From Luteibacter sp. (GTDB lineage Bacteria; Pseudomonadota; Gammaproteobacteria; Xanthomonadales; Rhodanobacteraceae), in contig DASYLE010000147.1 in assembly GCA_036009745.1 (NCBI GenBank), positions 17,400-81,399 on the forward strand: a stretch of 64,000 bases of DNA, in the 5' to 3' direction. Each line of letters begins with the position of its first letter. Position 1 is the stretch's first letter. Position numbers and translations under genes: made by a program. Positions 31,862 to 41,588 of the stretch are shown piece by piece. Under the pieces are notes generated by a model. The model was not told the DNA's origin. It saw only the letters and a program-made list of their open reading frames with translations, and searched no databases.

Positions 31862-32512
31862 CTATCCCTGTACCGCCAGCGCCGCTTCGTGCTCGCTGGC
31901 GCGCATCGCATCGGCCTCGGAAACCCGCGCGAAGGCCGGTCGTGCCGCGATCCGCGCCGCATATTCCACAAGCAGCGGATGCTCGGGCACGATCTTGAAC
32001 AACATGCCCCACTGCAACGCCGTGCCCCACAGGACATCGGCGGCCGAGATGGTCTCGCCGAGCAGGTAAGGTGCCTCGCCAAGCCGCTGGATCAACGTGC
32101 CGAGCACGGTCTCGAAATCGCCGTACGGCGACATCGCGGGCGGACCCGGTTCGCGCTTCAAGGCGACGTCCACCATGCCGGGCTCATAACAGGCGGCGTA
32201 GAACACCAGCCAGCGAAGGTACGGGCCACGTCGCGGATCGCCTGGGTGCGGGGCCAGCCCCGCTTCGGGGAAAAGATCGGCCAGGTAAATGAAACAGGCC
32301 ACCTGTTCGGTAACCAGCTCCCCCCGATGCAGGATCGCCGGCACCTTACCCATCGGATTGATCGCGAGAAAGGCGCTCTGGCGCTGCTCGCCTGCTTTCA
32401 TGTTCAACACATGCAGATCGTAAGGAACGCCTAGCTCCTCGAGCAGGGTCAGGGTCGCCGACGAGCGGGACTGCGGAGCATGGAACAGGGTAATGACGTC
32501 GCTTGTGGTCAT
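31862..32512 (-). CDS. Glutathione S-transferase family protein
   Basis: LFHAPQSRS, INPMGKVPAI, LVTEQVA, YLLGETISAADV. Confidence 0.94.
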   Translation of the reverse strand: MTTSDVITLFHAPQSRSSATLTLLEELGVPYDLHVLNMKAGEQRQSAFLAINPMGKVPAILHRGELVTEQVACFIYLADLFPEAGLAPHPGDPRRGPYLRWLVFYAACYEPGMVDVALKREPGPPAMSPYGDFETVLGTLIQRLGEAPYLLGETISAADVLWGTALQWGMLFKIVPEHPLLVEYAARIAARPAFARVSEADAMRASEHEAALAVQG

Positions 32513-32582
32513 GGGATCGGCCCTCCGGTGAGATGAGTTCAGTGCCGGGGTCGATCCCGGCGAGGCCAGCTTGCGCCCGCAT

Positions 32583-32603
32583 ACCTGTCATCTTTTGTCA
32601 GGT
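32583..32603. promoter_or_regulatory. Candidate operator dyad between GST and WYL genes
   Basis: ACCTGTCA-N5-TGTCAGGT (1 mismatch) in the 108-bp divergent intergenic region. Confidence 0.55.
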
Positions 32604-32620
32604 TGGTTTAGGCTCCGGGC

Positions 32621-33619
32621 ATGCGCGCGAGCCGACTGCTATCGATCCTGACCACCCTGCAGGCGCGGGGTCGGGTCACCGCGGCCGAACTGGCCATGGA
32701 ATGCGAGGTATCGCTGCGCACCATCTACCGGGATGTCGAAGCGCTCGGCGCGGCTGGCATTCCGGTGCAGAGCGAGCGCGGCTCGGACGGCGGCTATCGG
32801 CTGCTCGACGGTTACCGGACCCGGCTTAACGGACTTTCGGCGCGTGAAGCCGAAGCACTTTTCATGATCGGCCTGTCGGGGCCCGCGACGGATCTGGGGC
32901 TGGGTTCCGTCATGGCCGCGGCGCACGACAAGCTGCTGTCCGCGATGCCGATATCGCTTCGGGCCGGCGCCGAGCAGATGCGCATGCGCTTCCATCTGGA
33001 CGCACCCGCGTGGTTCGCCCAGGCCGAACAACCGCCACACCTGCGGCCGATCGCCGCCGCGGTATGGGAGCAGCGCCCCGTCCGTATCCGCTACCAGGCC
33101 TGGCATGCGGAAAAGAATCGCGTCGTCGAACCCCTGGGCATCGTGCTCAAGGGCGGCGCCTGGTACCTCGTCGGCCAGGTCGATGGTGGTGCGCGCACCT
33201 ACCGGATATCGCGAATCCTCGACCTGGAAATACTGGAGCAGCGATTCGAGCGGCCGCCAACCTTCGATCTTGAGGGTTACTGGAAGGCCGGAACCCAACG
33301 CCTGGAAGAGGACCTGCACAGGAACCATGCCACGGTGCGGCTGTCGCCCCTGGGCGTGAGGATGCTGGAGGCCTTTCTTTCGCCCTTCGTCCTGGCGGCG
33401 ACCCGGCTCGAGGACGGCGCCGATGCCGACGGTTGGCGCAAGGCAGTCATCCCTGTCGGCTCCACACGACAGGCCTGCGGCACGTTGCTAGCCTTCGGCG
33501 CCGAGGTCGAGGCACTCGACCCGCCCGAGGTGCGCGACATGATGATCGACATCACCACCGGCATGAAGGCGCTCTATGACCACTACCCGACCATGACACG
33601 CCACAGGCAGTCCATGTGA
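32621..33619 (+). CDS. WYL-domain (YafY-like) wHTH transcriptional regulator
   Basis: MRASRLLSIL...ELAMECEVSLRTIYRDVEAL...G..GGY; VEPLGIVLKGGAWYLVG...RTYRISRI. Confidence 0.95.
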   Translation: MRASRLLSILTTLQARGRVTAAELAMECEVSLRTIYRDVEALGAAGIPVQSERGSDGGYRLLDGYRTRLNGLSAREAEALFMIGLSGPATDLGLGSVMAAAHDKLLSAMPISLRAGAEQMRMRFHLDAPAWFAQAEQPPHLRPIAAAVWEQRPVRIRYQAWHAEKNRVVEPLGIVLKGGAWYLVGQVDGGARTYRISRILDLEILEQRFERPPTFDLEGYWKAGTQRLEEDLHRNHATVRLSPLGVRMLEAFLSPFVLAATRLEDGADADGWRKAVIPVGSTRQACGTLLAFGAEVEALDPPEVRDMMIDITTGMKALYDHYPTMTRHRQSM

Positions 33620-34002
33620 GCCAGATCCGCATCATCGCCGTAATCTGCATCGCCATCGTTATTGCCGCGCTCGCCTTTACCCGCCGCGCGACGGTGCCTG
33701 ATTTTCACGGTGCCAGGGCCAGCGAGATCGCGACCCCAGGCCAGGGCGACTACGACGAGGCCGGGCACGATCTCGGCTTCTTCAGCGGCGCCATTCAGGT
33801 CGCCCTTCCCGCGCACATCGCCGAAGGCCAGACGATCACGCTCTCATACGCGAAAGACGGTGCTACCCGACACGACGCCTTTGCCGTGGTACGCATCTCG
33901 GCGAAGAAATCGCTTTGCCGTCTATACGACAGGGAAAACGCCGTGGATAGCCGCGTTCCAGGCAAGGTCATCTCCATCAAGGACTGCAAGGTGCTCCGCT
34001 AG
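33616..34002 (+). CDS. Exported hypothetical protein
   Basis: GTG start overlapping the WYL gene stop; N-terminal signal anchor; CRL/DCK Cys pair. Confidence 0.6.
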   Translation: MSQIRIIAVICIAIVIAALAFTRRATVPDFHGARASEIATPGQGDYDEAGHDLGFFSGAIQVALPAHIAEGQTITLSYAKDGATRHDAFAVVRISAKKSLCRLYDRENAVDSRVPGKVISIKDCKVLR

Positions 34003-35234
34003 ACCGAACGCAACGCCTGCGTCGGCGCCACCCGTGAAGCACGCAAGGCGGGCACGGTCGCCGCGCATTGCCCAAGCAAGACGACCACGAGGCCGCATAA
34101 CCACACTTCCCCTACCGGCAGACGACTGACGCCGTAGTGGCTCCAGAGCCAGACGTTGAGGCCTTGCGCGAGGATGACGCCAAACAATACGCCGGAAAGG
34201 CAAAGCACCGCATTCTCGACCAGGAAATACCTGACGATGGCCATCCGGGTTGCACCGAGGGCACGCCGGATGCCGATCTGCCGTTTGCGGCGCGCGACCC
34301 AGAAACTGGTCAGGCCGACGATGCCCAGCGCCGTCACCAGCACCAGCACGCCACAGACCACGCCAAGCGCGATCGCCATCGAGCGATCCTTGCGATAAGC
34401 GCTGCTTCGTACCTCATCGAACGGGCGGAACTTGCCGAATATCCGCTGGGGATTGACCTTGACCAGGGCCTCCCGCACCGCAGGCATCGTCGCCTCGAGG
34501 ACACCGGGCTTCACTCGTACGACGAAGAGGCCAAACTGCCCGGCGCTGACGATCGGCACGATGACCGAATACTCGCTCGTCGAGGGATCGATCGTGCCGG
34601 CGGCCTCGGCGGTCTGAAGTCGCGCCACGACGCCGACGACGGTCATCGGCTTGCTCACGTCCGACGTCAGGAAAATGGTCTTGCCCAAGGCATCGCCAGC
34701 GGGAAACAGCCGCTGTGCCAGCGCCTTGCTGATCATGGCCGCAGCCGGCATGGGACCGGCATTGAAATGCCCCTCCATGGTTTCCTCGGGCGTGAAGTTC
34801 CTTCCCTCGGCCAGGGTCAGGCCCAGGGTGCCGACGGCATGGTGATCCATCGCGTACACCGCCGTCTGTGCAATCTGCTCACGAACGCTCGACGCACCCG
34901 GCTGCAGGCTCACCCCTTCGGTCCAACCCGTCCCACGTAAGGGATAGGTATTGGCCGCGACCGCATCGACGACATCGGGAACAGCGCGTATACGGGCCAG
35001 ATCCGTCTTGAGCTCCGGAAGACTCCCTTCGCCTTGCGTCAGCCGGTAGCCGAGCGCGAACAGATGCTGCTCGTCCGTTCCCGTCGGCCGCAGGATCAGG
35101 GCCGTGCGCTCGCCGATGATGGAAATGACGTTGCTGACAATGGCCAGGGTCAGCGCTACCTGGATGACCACCAGCACGGCACCGGTCTTGCTTCGCTTCA
35201 ACGCCGCCAGAATCGGTATGACCTGCATGTTCAT
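33999..35234 (-). CDS. ABC transporter permease (MacB/FtsX-like)
   Basis: PILAALKRSKTG N-terminus, large periplasmic loop, QIGIRRALGATRMAIVRYFLVEN, PALRASRVAP end. Confidence 0.93.
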   Translation of the reverse strand: MNMQVIPILAALKRSKTGAVLVVIQVALTLAIVSNVISIIGERTALILRPTGTDEQHLFALGYRLTQGEGSLPELKTDLARIRAVPDVVDAVAANTYPLRGTGWTEGVSLQPGASSVREQIAQTAVYAMDHHAVGTLGLTLAEGRNFTPEETMEGHFNAGPMPAAAMISKALAQRLFPAGDALGKTIFLTSDVSKPMTVVGVVARLQTAEAAGTIDPSTSEYSVIVPIVSAGQFGLFVVRVKPGVLEATMPAVREALVKVNPQRIFGKFRPFDEVRSSAYRKDRSMAIALGVVCGVLVLVTALGIVGLTSFWVARRKRQIGIRRALGATRMAIVRYFLVENAVLCLSGVLFGVILAQGLNVWLWSHYGVSRLPVGEVWLCGLVVVLLGQCAATVPALRASRVAPTQALRSV

Positions 35235-35241
35235 GGCGCTC

Positions 35242-36558
35242 CTAGCCGACCTTGAGTTGCAACGCGGGCGCGACGCGCATCGCCCGCCATGCGGGATAGA
35301 GTCCGGCGAACAGCGTCGCCGTCGCGGCCAGGGCAACCGTCGTTGCAAACAGTGAAGTGTCCATGTTCGCGACGCGCCCCATGCCATCGGGAAACAGCGC
35401 ACGCATCGCCCATAGTCCTGCAAGGGTCAGGCCCAAACCGAACAGACCCCCGAGCAAACCAACCACCCCGGACTCGACGATCGCCTGCGTGAAGATATGT
35501 CGGCCGCTGGCGCCCAGGGCACGCCGAAGACCGTATTCGCCCGCCCGCTCCAACGACTTTGCCAGCATCAGTCCCAGGGCACAGACCAGGCAGACCATGA
35601 AGAAGCTAAAGGCGACGATCGCCGAAAGCCTGACGTCATCAGGCACGATTTTTTGTGCGACGAGCCAGTCGCGCACGTTGCGCAGGCGGGCATTCGGCGC
35701 CCAGGTGAAACGTCCCGACTGTTGCTGGTCGCGCGCATAGTTCGTCAGGAAGTTCCGGTACGCCACGACGTCGGCAGCGGTGGGTAGCTCGGCCCAGTAC
35801 TGCAGCCACACGCATTCGGACCGGATCAGGTCATCGAAATCCTCGCCCCTTGGGCCTGCGTCGCAGAACTCGTATTCGGACGTGGACATCTGTTTACCGA
35901 TCGTCAGCGTCAATGGCAGGTAGGCATCCTCGCCCGTCTCGAAATCCTGGCCATTGATGACATCGTAGAAACGTGGCTTTGGATCCCACGCGTCGGTAAC
36001 ACCGATGACCCGGTAAGCGTCTCCGTTCAGGCGCAGGTCCTTACCGATGCTGTTTGCGCCGCCAAAAAGACGCTCGTTGAGCGCCCGGCTCAGGACAACC
36101 ACGGCCGCGCCATTCGTATCGTCGGCTACGTTCCAGCCCTGCCCGTACAGCATCGGCACATCGAACATCGCGAAGAAATCCGGCGAGGTCGCCCGCGCGG
36201 CGATCGAGAACGGTTTCAGGCCGCGATCGTCCGGCGCCACCGTCAGCGATACCTGGTGCATGGCCACCTGGCGGATTGCGGCGTGCGAGGCGAGCAAGGC
36301 CATCGCGTCGCGGTAAGTGAGTTGCGTGGCAGGCTCATCGTCCCCGGCTTTGCGGCTGCGCGGACCGCCGTTGTCGATCTGCACCGCGAACAACTGACCC
36401 GACTTCTGCGGGATCGGATCGCGCGCCATGACGAACAGGATAGTGAACGCGGTCATCGTCATGGCCACGCCAAAGGCGATGGCCAGCACCATCAGGCCAG
36501 TAAGTACCGGATTCCGGCGAAAGCTGATCAAGGCCAGCCGGAAATAGTATTGCCCCAT
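35242..36558 (-). CDS. ABC transporter permease (MacB/FtsX-like)
   Basis: YFRLALISFRRNPVLTGLMV, QIDN...QLTYRDA, EYGLRRALGAS, YPAWRAMRVAPALQLK. Confidence 0.93.
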   Translation of the reverse strand: MGQYYFRLALISFRRNPVLTGLMVLAIAFGVAMTMTAFTILFVMARDPIPQKSGQLFAVQIDNGGPRSRKAGDDEPATQLTYRDAMALLASHAAIRQVAMHQVSLTVAPDDRGLKPFSIAARATSPDFFAMFDVPMLYGQGWNVADDTNGAAVVVLSRALNERLFGGANSIGKDLRLNGDAYRVIGVTDAWDPKPRFYDVINGQDFETGEDAYLPLTLTIGKQMSTSEYEFCDAGPRGEDFDDLIRSECVWLQYWAELPTAADVVAYRNFLTNYARDQQQSGRFTWAPNARLRNVRDWLVAQKIVPDDVRLSAIVAFSFFMVCLVCALGLMLAKSLERAGEYGLRRALGASGRHIFTQAIVESGVVGLLGGLFGLGLTLAGLWAMRALFPDGMGRVANMDTSLFATTVALAATATLFAGLYPAWRAMRVAPALQLKVG

Positions 36559-36622
36559 TGAATCTCCCTCCCCCTTGGTGCCGCTTCCCAGGTACGGCAC
36601 ATCCTCACCAGTGAGGGTGACA

Positions 36623-36637
36623 GCATAAGTCGTGCCA
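36623..36637 (-). promoter_or_regulatory. Sigma54 (-24/-12) promoter
   Basis: Minus strand TGGCACGACTTATGC: GG-N10-GC, 65 nt upstream of the permease start. Confidence 0.7.
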
Positions 36638-36784
36638 ATCACCGCAAGCGTGATGCAGCGGGCCTTCGACGCAGGGGAGGCACTGTCCGCGGACAATTTC
36701 GCCATCGCGCGGACGTCCGCGACGCGGTCCACCTAAAACCAACAGCCGATGATCCCCGGCGTGAAAACGGCGTATACCTGAGGT

Positions 36785-37198
36785 ATGGAAAGCGCGATGC
36801 AAACCCCGGTCCTGATCATCGACCCGGCGCCGCTGGTGGCCGAATCGATCGCGGCCGGCCTTTCCTCGCGCGGATTCTTTCCCGTGGTGGCGCTGACCCG
36901 TGAAGCCGCACAACGGATCGTCCGGGCCAAGGCCGTGGAGGTACTCATCGCCCACGGGCATATTCCTGGCGACGAGGCGCCCTTCCAGTTCGCCAAGGAG
37001 GCGGGCGACGCCTGCCCGGCCCTGGCCATCGTCGCGGTCACCAGCGATGCCCACACCGACCATCCCTTCGTGCCCGGCCGGGCACGTATCCTCGCCAAGC
37101 CTTTTGGCCTCGACGACCTGCTCAGCGCCATCGGCGATGCGCAGCGCATTGCCAGGGGCCGTCTGGTAGCGGACAGGAACACGACCATCAAACTCTAA
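36785..37198 (+). CDS. Atypical single-domain response-regulator receiver (no phosphoacceptor Asp)
   Basis: VLIIDP...VLIAHG...VTSD...LAKPF: receiver fold motifs with the acidic pocket and beta3 Asp altered. Confidence 0.75.
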   Translation: MESAMQTPVLIIDPAPLVAESIAAGLSSRGFFPVVALTREAAQRIVRAKAVEVLIAHGHIPGDEAPFQFAKEAGDACPALAIVAVTSDAHTDHPFVPGRARILAKPFGLDDLLSAIGDAQRIARGRLVADRNTTIKL

Positions 37199-37502
37199 CG
37201 AATTCACGGTAGCGCTGGGGTGTCCTGATCGCTGAGCCCATCGATGGCATACCGTTACCGTCATGACGATCCGGTGGCGCAGCGACGGGGACTCGAGACA
37301 GGCTACGCTCGATGGCAACGCGACCGTATTTGCACACATCGCTTCGGTAGCGGAGGCTGGCCGTTGCAATGGAAGCCAAGTCAATCGATAACGGCATCAT
37401 GCAATGGCCATCGCTCAGTATCTGTGTCGCCAGCGGGTTTTTCCGTGAAGTACTGTCGAGTACAGTGCAAGACTCCGACGTCCTCGGTGAGGAAACCACG
37501 CA

Positions 37503-38342
37503 ATGCCCTTTTTTCGTCGTCCCTTGCTGCTGTCCCTTCTGGCGATCCTGACGATCGTCGGGCTTCCCGCACAGGCTCAGAATCTGAATGTCATGACGTT
37601 CAACGTGCGCCTGCCCGTTGCCGCCGATGGGCCGAACCGGTGGGAAGCACGACGCGACCTGATGGCGAGCGTCATCCGCGAAGCGCATCCGGACGTCTTC
37701 GGCACCCAGGAACTCTTCCGCCTGCAAGGCGACGACCTCGTCGCGCGCCTGCCGGAATACACCTGGTTCGGGCGCGGTCGCTATGGCGACGACGGCGACG
37801 AGCACATGGGTGTGTTCTATCGTCGTGATCGCCTGCAGGTCCTGGAGTCCGGCAACTTCTGGCTCTCCGATACACCCGACGTAGCGGGCAGCATCACCTG
37901 GGGCCATCCCCTGCCACGTATGGTGACCTGGGCGCTGTTCAAACGCATCGCCGACGGCAAGCGCTTCTATTACTTCAATACCCACCTGCCCTATCGCGAC
38001 GAAGACGAACCGGCACGAGTGAAAGGCGGCAAGGAAATCCTGGCACGCCTCAAGACCTTGCCCAAGGATGTGCCGGTGATCCTGACCGGCGACTTCAACA
38101 CCGGTCCGGAAAGCCTGGTTCACCAGACCCTGACCAGCGTACTGCAGGACGCATGGCTGACCGCACCGCAAAAAAGTGGCCCCGAAGGCACCTTCCACGC
38201 CTTCACTGGCAAGCCGGAGAAGCGCATCGACTGGATCATGTTCCGTGGCGTGAAGGCCAACAGCGTCCGCGTCATCACGACGTCGAAGGATGGCCGCTAC
38301 CCGTCCGACCACTTCCCGGTAGACGCCACATTGACCCTCTGA
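37503..38342 (+). CDS. Secreted endonuclease/exonuclease/phosphatase family protein
   Basis: Signal peptide; MTFNVR, GTQE, NTHL, LTGDFN, RIDWI, PSDHFPV. Confidence 0.93.
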   Translation: MPFFRRPLLLSLLAILTIVGLPAQAQNLNVMTFNVRLPVAADGPNRWEARRDLMASVIREAHPDVFGTQELFRLQGDDLVARLPEYTWFGRGRYGDDGDEHMGVFYRRDRLQVLESGNFWLSDTPDVAGSITWGHPLPRMVTWALFKRIADGKRFYYFNTHLPYRDEDEPARVKGGKEILARLKTLPKDVPVILTGDFNTGPESLVHQTLTSVLQDAWLTAPQKSGPEGTFHAFTGKPEKRIDWIMFRGVKANSVRVITTSKDGRYPSDHFPVDATLTL

Positions 38343-38394
38343 CACATGGCCGGATCCATTCCGGCATCGTTGGCAAAGGAACGCGTGCAAAGGC

Positions 38395-39519
38395 TTAGTG
38401 CAACAGCAAAGTCACCGCGATTTCCAGCACGATAAGCAGCACGATGGTGATTTCCAGCAGCTCGGCCCGGCGGCTGGAGGCTTCATCGTAGAGCGCGGCA
38501 TACGTGTCGCGGATGATCGACAGCTTCCGGTCCACCGAGGCACTGAGCGTCGGCACGCGGAATACACTGAGTGCCGAAGTATAGACACGGGCGAGATAGA
38601 CATCCTCGGTCACCTGCAAGGCGTTGTCGACCTTCTCGGTCAGCTGGGTGACCTCGGCTACCAGCGTGTACAGGTGACGCGCGAGATGGGCGAAACGGCG
38701 TGACGCCAACAGCGACACGGCATGGCGGGCCGCCTCGACGCGCTCGTACATGCGCGGCAGCTCGTCGTCCAGGAGAGTGTCGTAGTAGCGGAACTCCACG
38801 AGCTGCGCATTGGCCACCTCGATCACGTCCGCCACATCCGAATCGCCGCGCGGCTCATAGACGAAGGCGCGATCCCAGGTCAGCACTACCAGATCATCGT
38901 CGTAATACGAAAAACTGCGCGAGAGCAGGTCGCGCCGCGAGGCCGTCGACAGCGGACGGGTTTCACCGGATAGCAGCGCCGCCAGATCGACCCGTTCGCC
39001 CAGTGCCGCCGCGTCGAGCGGCTCGTCGAGCGCATGCACTGTCCCGATCAGGTAGTCCTCCTGCAGGCGCGTATCCAGCGCGGGCCGGTCCAGCGCCGCG
39101 GCAACCACCGAACGGACCCGGCCGAGCAGTTCGGTCCAGAATTCTGCCGGGTCGTTCGGCCCGACCGCCTGGTCGAGCGCATTGAATCGCGCCGCGAAGA
39201 TGTCCCACGGGACATCGGTCACCGGCACGCGCACGGCCAGCGCCGCGACACCGAAGTCATACAAGCGCACCGATACCTCGGCGGCCACGTCCTGCGTTCC
39301 CAGGAGCAAGGTCACCGGATCGAGCGACAGCCGCAGTGGCGGCACGCCGAAGGCAACGGCCTTGGTCGGTGTGCTGGCCAGTCGGGTCCGGCTGGTCGAT
39401 CCGCCGACATGCGCCGCCCACAGCGACTCCGAACGGGTCAGGTCGATCGCGTAGGCGATGTCGAAAAGGCGCAGCGCGACGAGCTCCCCCGAGCGGATCG
39501 TGATGGCAGGGGCATTCAT
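38395..39519 (-). CDS. RMD1/DUF155-like protein with C-terminal TM helix
   Basis: LFDIAYAIDL, LYDFGV, DDLVVLTWDRAF, EVANAQLVEFRYYD, LLEITIVLLIVLEI end. Confidence 0.7.
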   Translation of the reverse strand: MNAPAITIRSGELVALRLFDIAYAIDLTRSESLWAAHVGGSTSRTRLASTPTKAVAFGVPPLRLSLDPVTLLLGTQDVAAEVSVRLYDFGVAALAVRVPVTDVPWDIFAARFNALDQAVGPNDPAEFWTELLGRVRSVVAAALDRPALDTRLQEDYLIGTVHALDEPLDAAALGERVDLAALLSGETRPLSTASRRDLLSRSFSYYDDDLVVLTWDRAFVYEPRGDSDVADVIEVANAQLVEFRYYDTLLDDELPRMYERVEAARHAVSLLASRRFAHLARHLYTLVAEVTQLTEKVDNALQVTEDVYLARVYTSALSVFRVPTLSASVDRKLSIIRDTYAALYDEASSRRAELLEITIVLLIVLEIAVTLLLH

Positions 39520-39679
39520 GGTGGACGCTCCGGTAGGAGAAAGCATGGCCAGGGGTATTGGACATGCGGGACGTTACAGCACTCCTGTCGCCCAGCCCTG
39601 CCCCAAATCAATCCGGCGGTGCTCCGCATAAAAGCGTACTGTAGCGGGCTACGTCACAAAGATCTGGCAGGTTATTCCT

Positions 39680-40075
39680 GTGGTTAGTCTGGAGAGTGAT
39701 CGGATCGTCGGGGCGCTCGGACGACGGGCGGGCGACGATCCCGGTATCGCTGGCGTCGTCCAGTCCATCGTTTCCATCTGGAACGAGATCGACACGACCC
39801 TGCGTCCCATACTGGGGCAGCGCGGCGTCGCCATGCTCTACAAGCGGAGCCTGTTCCTCACCGGTGCGGCCCATGGATGGCTACCCCGCGTGGCCGAGGT
39901 CCTGCCCGCCGCGCTGGACCTGGCGCCATTGCAAGCCGCATTGATGCAACAAGGCAACACGGTCGCCCTCGATGGCGGCAGCGCACTTCTTCGCACGTTC
40001 TACGAGCTGCTATCGAGCTTGGTCGGCCCCTCGTTGACGGAGCGACTGCTCCGTCCGATCTGGGACAACAGCTAA
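39680..40075 (+). CDS. Hypothetical helical protein, first gene of KaiC-like operon
   Basis: GTG start; L.PILGQRGVAMLYKRSL and LVGPSLTERLLRPIW motifs; 25 nt from the ATPase gene. Confidence 0.8.
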   Translation: MVSLESDRIVGALGRRAGDDPGIAGVVQSIVSIWNEIDTTLRPILGQRGVAMLYKRSLFLTGAAHGWLPRVAEVLPAALDLAPLQAALMQQGNTVALDGGSALLRTFYELLSSLVGPSLTERLLRPIWDNS

Positions 40076-40100
40076 ACCGGTTCATGCAGGACATTCCACA

Positions 40101-41585
40101 ATGAGCACCCGATCGACAATCACTCGCCTGGCTACCGGCGTGCCGGGCCTGGACGAGGTGCTGGGCGGTGGCCTGCCCGAGTTTTCATTCAATCTCATCG
40201 CCGGACCGCCAGGCTGCGGCAAGACCACGCTCGCCCACCAGATCATGTTCTCGCTGGCCAAACCGGAACGTCCGACGCTTTATTTCACGGTGCTCGGCGA
40301 ACCGCCGCTCAAGATGCTGCGCTATCAGCAGCAGTTCGCCTTCTTCGACGCCGAGCTGGTCAATGGCTCGATCCATTTCATCAACCTGACCGATGAAACG
40401 CTCGCCGGCGACCTGGACCAGGTGCTGCACCGGATCGTCCTCGAGGTCGAAAAGCACAACCCGGCGCTCATCTTCGTCGACTCGTTCCGCTCGGTTGTCC
40501 TGGCGAACAATGCCGGCGGCAACGCGCACAACAGCTTGCAGCAGTTCGTGCAGCAACTGGGCATGGTGATGACGAGCTGGCAGGCCACTACCTTCCTGAT
40601 CGGCGAATACTTCACTGAAACCGATGCCAATCCCGTTTTCACCGTGGCCGACGGCCTGATCTGGCTTCGCCAGAGCGTCCAGCGCAATTCGATGGTCCGC
40701 AAGATCGAAATCATGAAGATGCGCGGCCAGCCGACCTTGCCCGGGCTACATACCTTCCGGATCGACACCAGCGGTATCAAGGTGTTCGCGCCTGCCCGGG
40801 TGTTGGCGCCCCTCTCGTCCAGCGCGCCGAAGGGCAACCCGGGATCACGCCTGGGCACCGGCGTGCCGAAACTCGATGCCATGATGGGTGGCGGGCTGCC
40901 CCAGGGCTATTCCCTCCTGGTCGCCGGTCCTTCCGGATCGGGCAAGAGCATCCTTGCGGCGGCTTTCCTGATCGAGGGAGCCGATCGCGGGGAAACCGGT
41001 GTCATCGCGGCTTTCGAGCAGGTCCCCAGCCGGGAGCGTTCACCCCTGCTCGCGCAGCTGATCGAACAGGACAAGATTGGCCTCGTCGATACGGAGGCAC
41101 CCGACCTCTCGATCGATGAAATCGTTCTTCTGCTCATCTCCGAAATCCGCCGCCTCGGTGCCACGCGCGTGGTCATCGATTCGCTTTCGGGCTTCGAACT
41201 TGCGCTGGCGCCGACCTTCCGGCCCGACTTCAGGGAATCGTTATCACGCATGGTATCCGCGCTCGCCGCGGAGGGCGTCTCCGTGCTGATGACCTCCGAA
41301 CTGGAGGATCGTTACACCGATCTGCGCTTCAGCCCGTACGGCACGGCGTTCATGACCGACGCCATCGTCGTGCAGCGTTACATCGAGGTCCAGAGCCGGC
41401 TCCTGCGCGTCATGGCGGTGGTCAAGGTCCGTGCCAGCGCGCATTCCAATGCCTTGTGTGTTTACGAAATCGATGACAAAGGCATACAGGTCGGTGCCAC
41501 GCTGCCCGAGCAGGAAGGACTCCTCGGCGGGCGGCCAACGAGGAAGCAACTATCCCGTACATCGCACGGCCTATCCGATGACTAA
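40101..41585 (+). CDS. KaiC-like double-domain RecA-fold ATPase
   Basis: Two TG.P.LD..GGG.P / Walker A units (GPPGCGKT, GPSGSGKS), Walker B IFVDS / VVIDS, Arg fingers KMRG / KVRA. Confidence 0.95.
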   Translation: MSTRSTITRLATGVPGLDEVLGGGLPEFSFNLIAGPPGCGKTTLAHQIMFSLAKPERPTLYFTVLGEPPLKMLRYQQQFAFFDAELVNGSIHFINLTDETLAGDLDQVLHRIVLEVEKHNPALIFVDSFRSVVLANNAGGNAHNSLQQFVQQLGMVMTSWQATTFLIGEYFTETDANPVFTVADGLIWLRQSVQRNSMVRKIEIMKMRGQPTLPGLHTFRIDTSGIKVFAPARVLAPLSSSAPKGNPGSRLGTGVPKLDAMMGGGLPQGYSLLVAGPSGSGKSILAAAFLIEGADRGETGVIAAFEQVPSRERSPLLAQLIEQDKIGLVDTEAPDLSIDEIVLLLISEIRRLGATRVVIDSLSGFELALAPTFRPDFRESLSRMVSALAAEGVSVLMTSELEDRYTDLRFSPYGTAFMTDAIVVQRYIEVQSRLLRVMAVVKVRASAHSNALCVYEIDDKGIQVGATLPEQEGLLGGRPTRKQLSRTSHGLSDD

Positions 41586-41588
41586 GTC

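Noticed and set aside
40101-41585. A true circadian clock
   Set aside because: No kaiA or kaiB nearby, and the S431/T432-equivalent phosphosites are absent.
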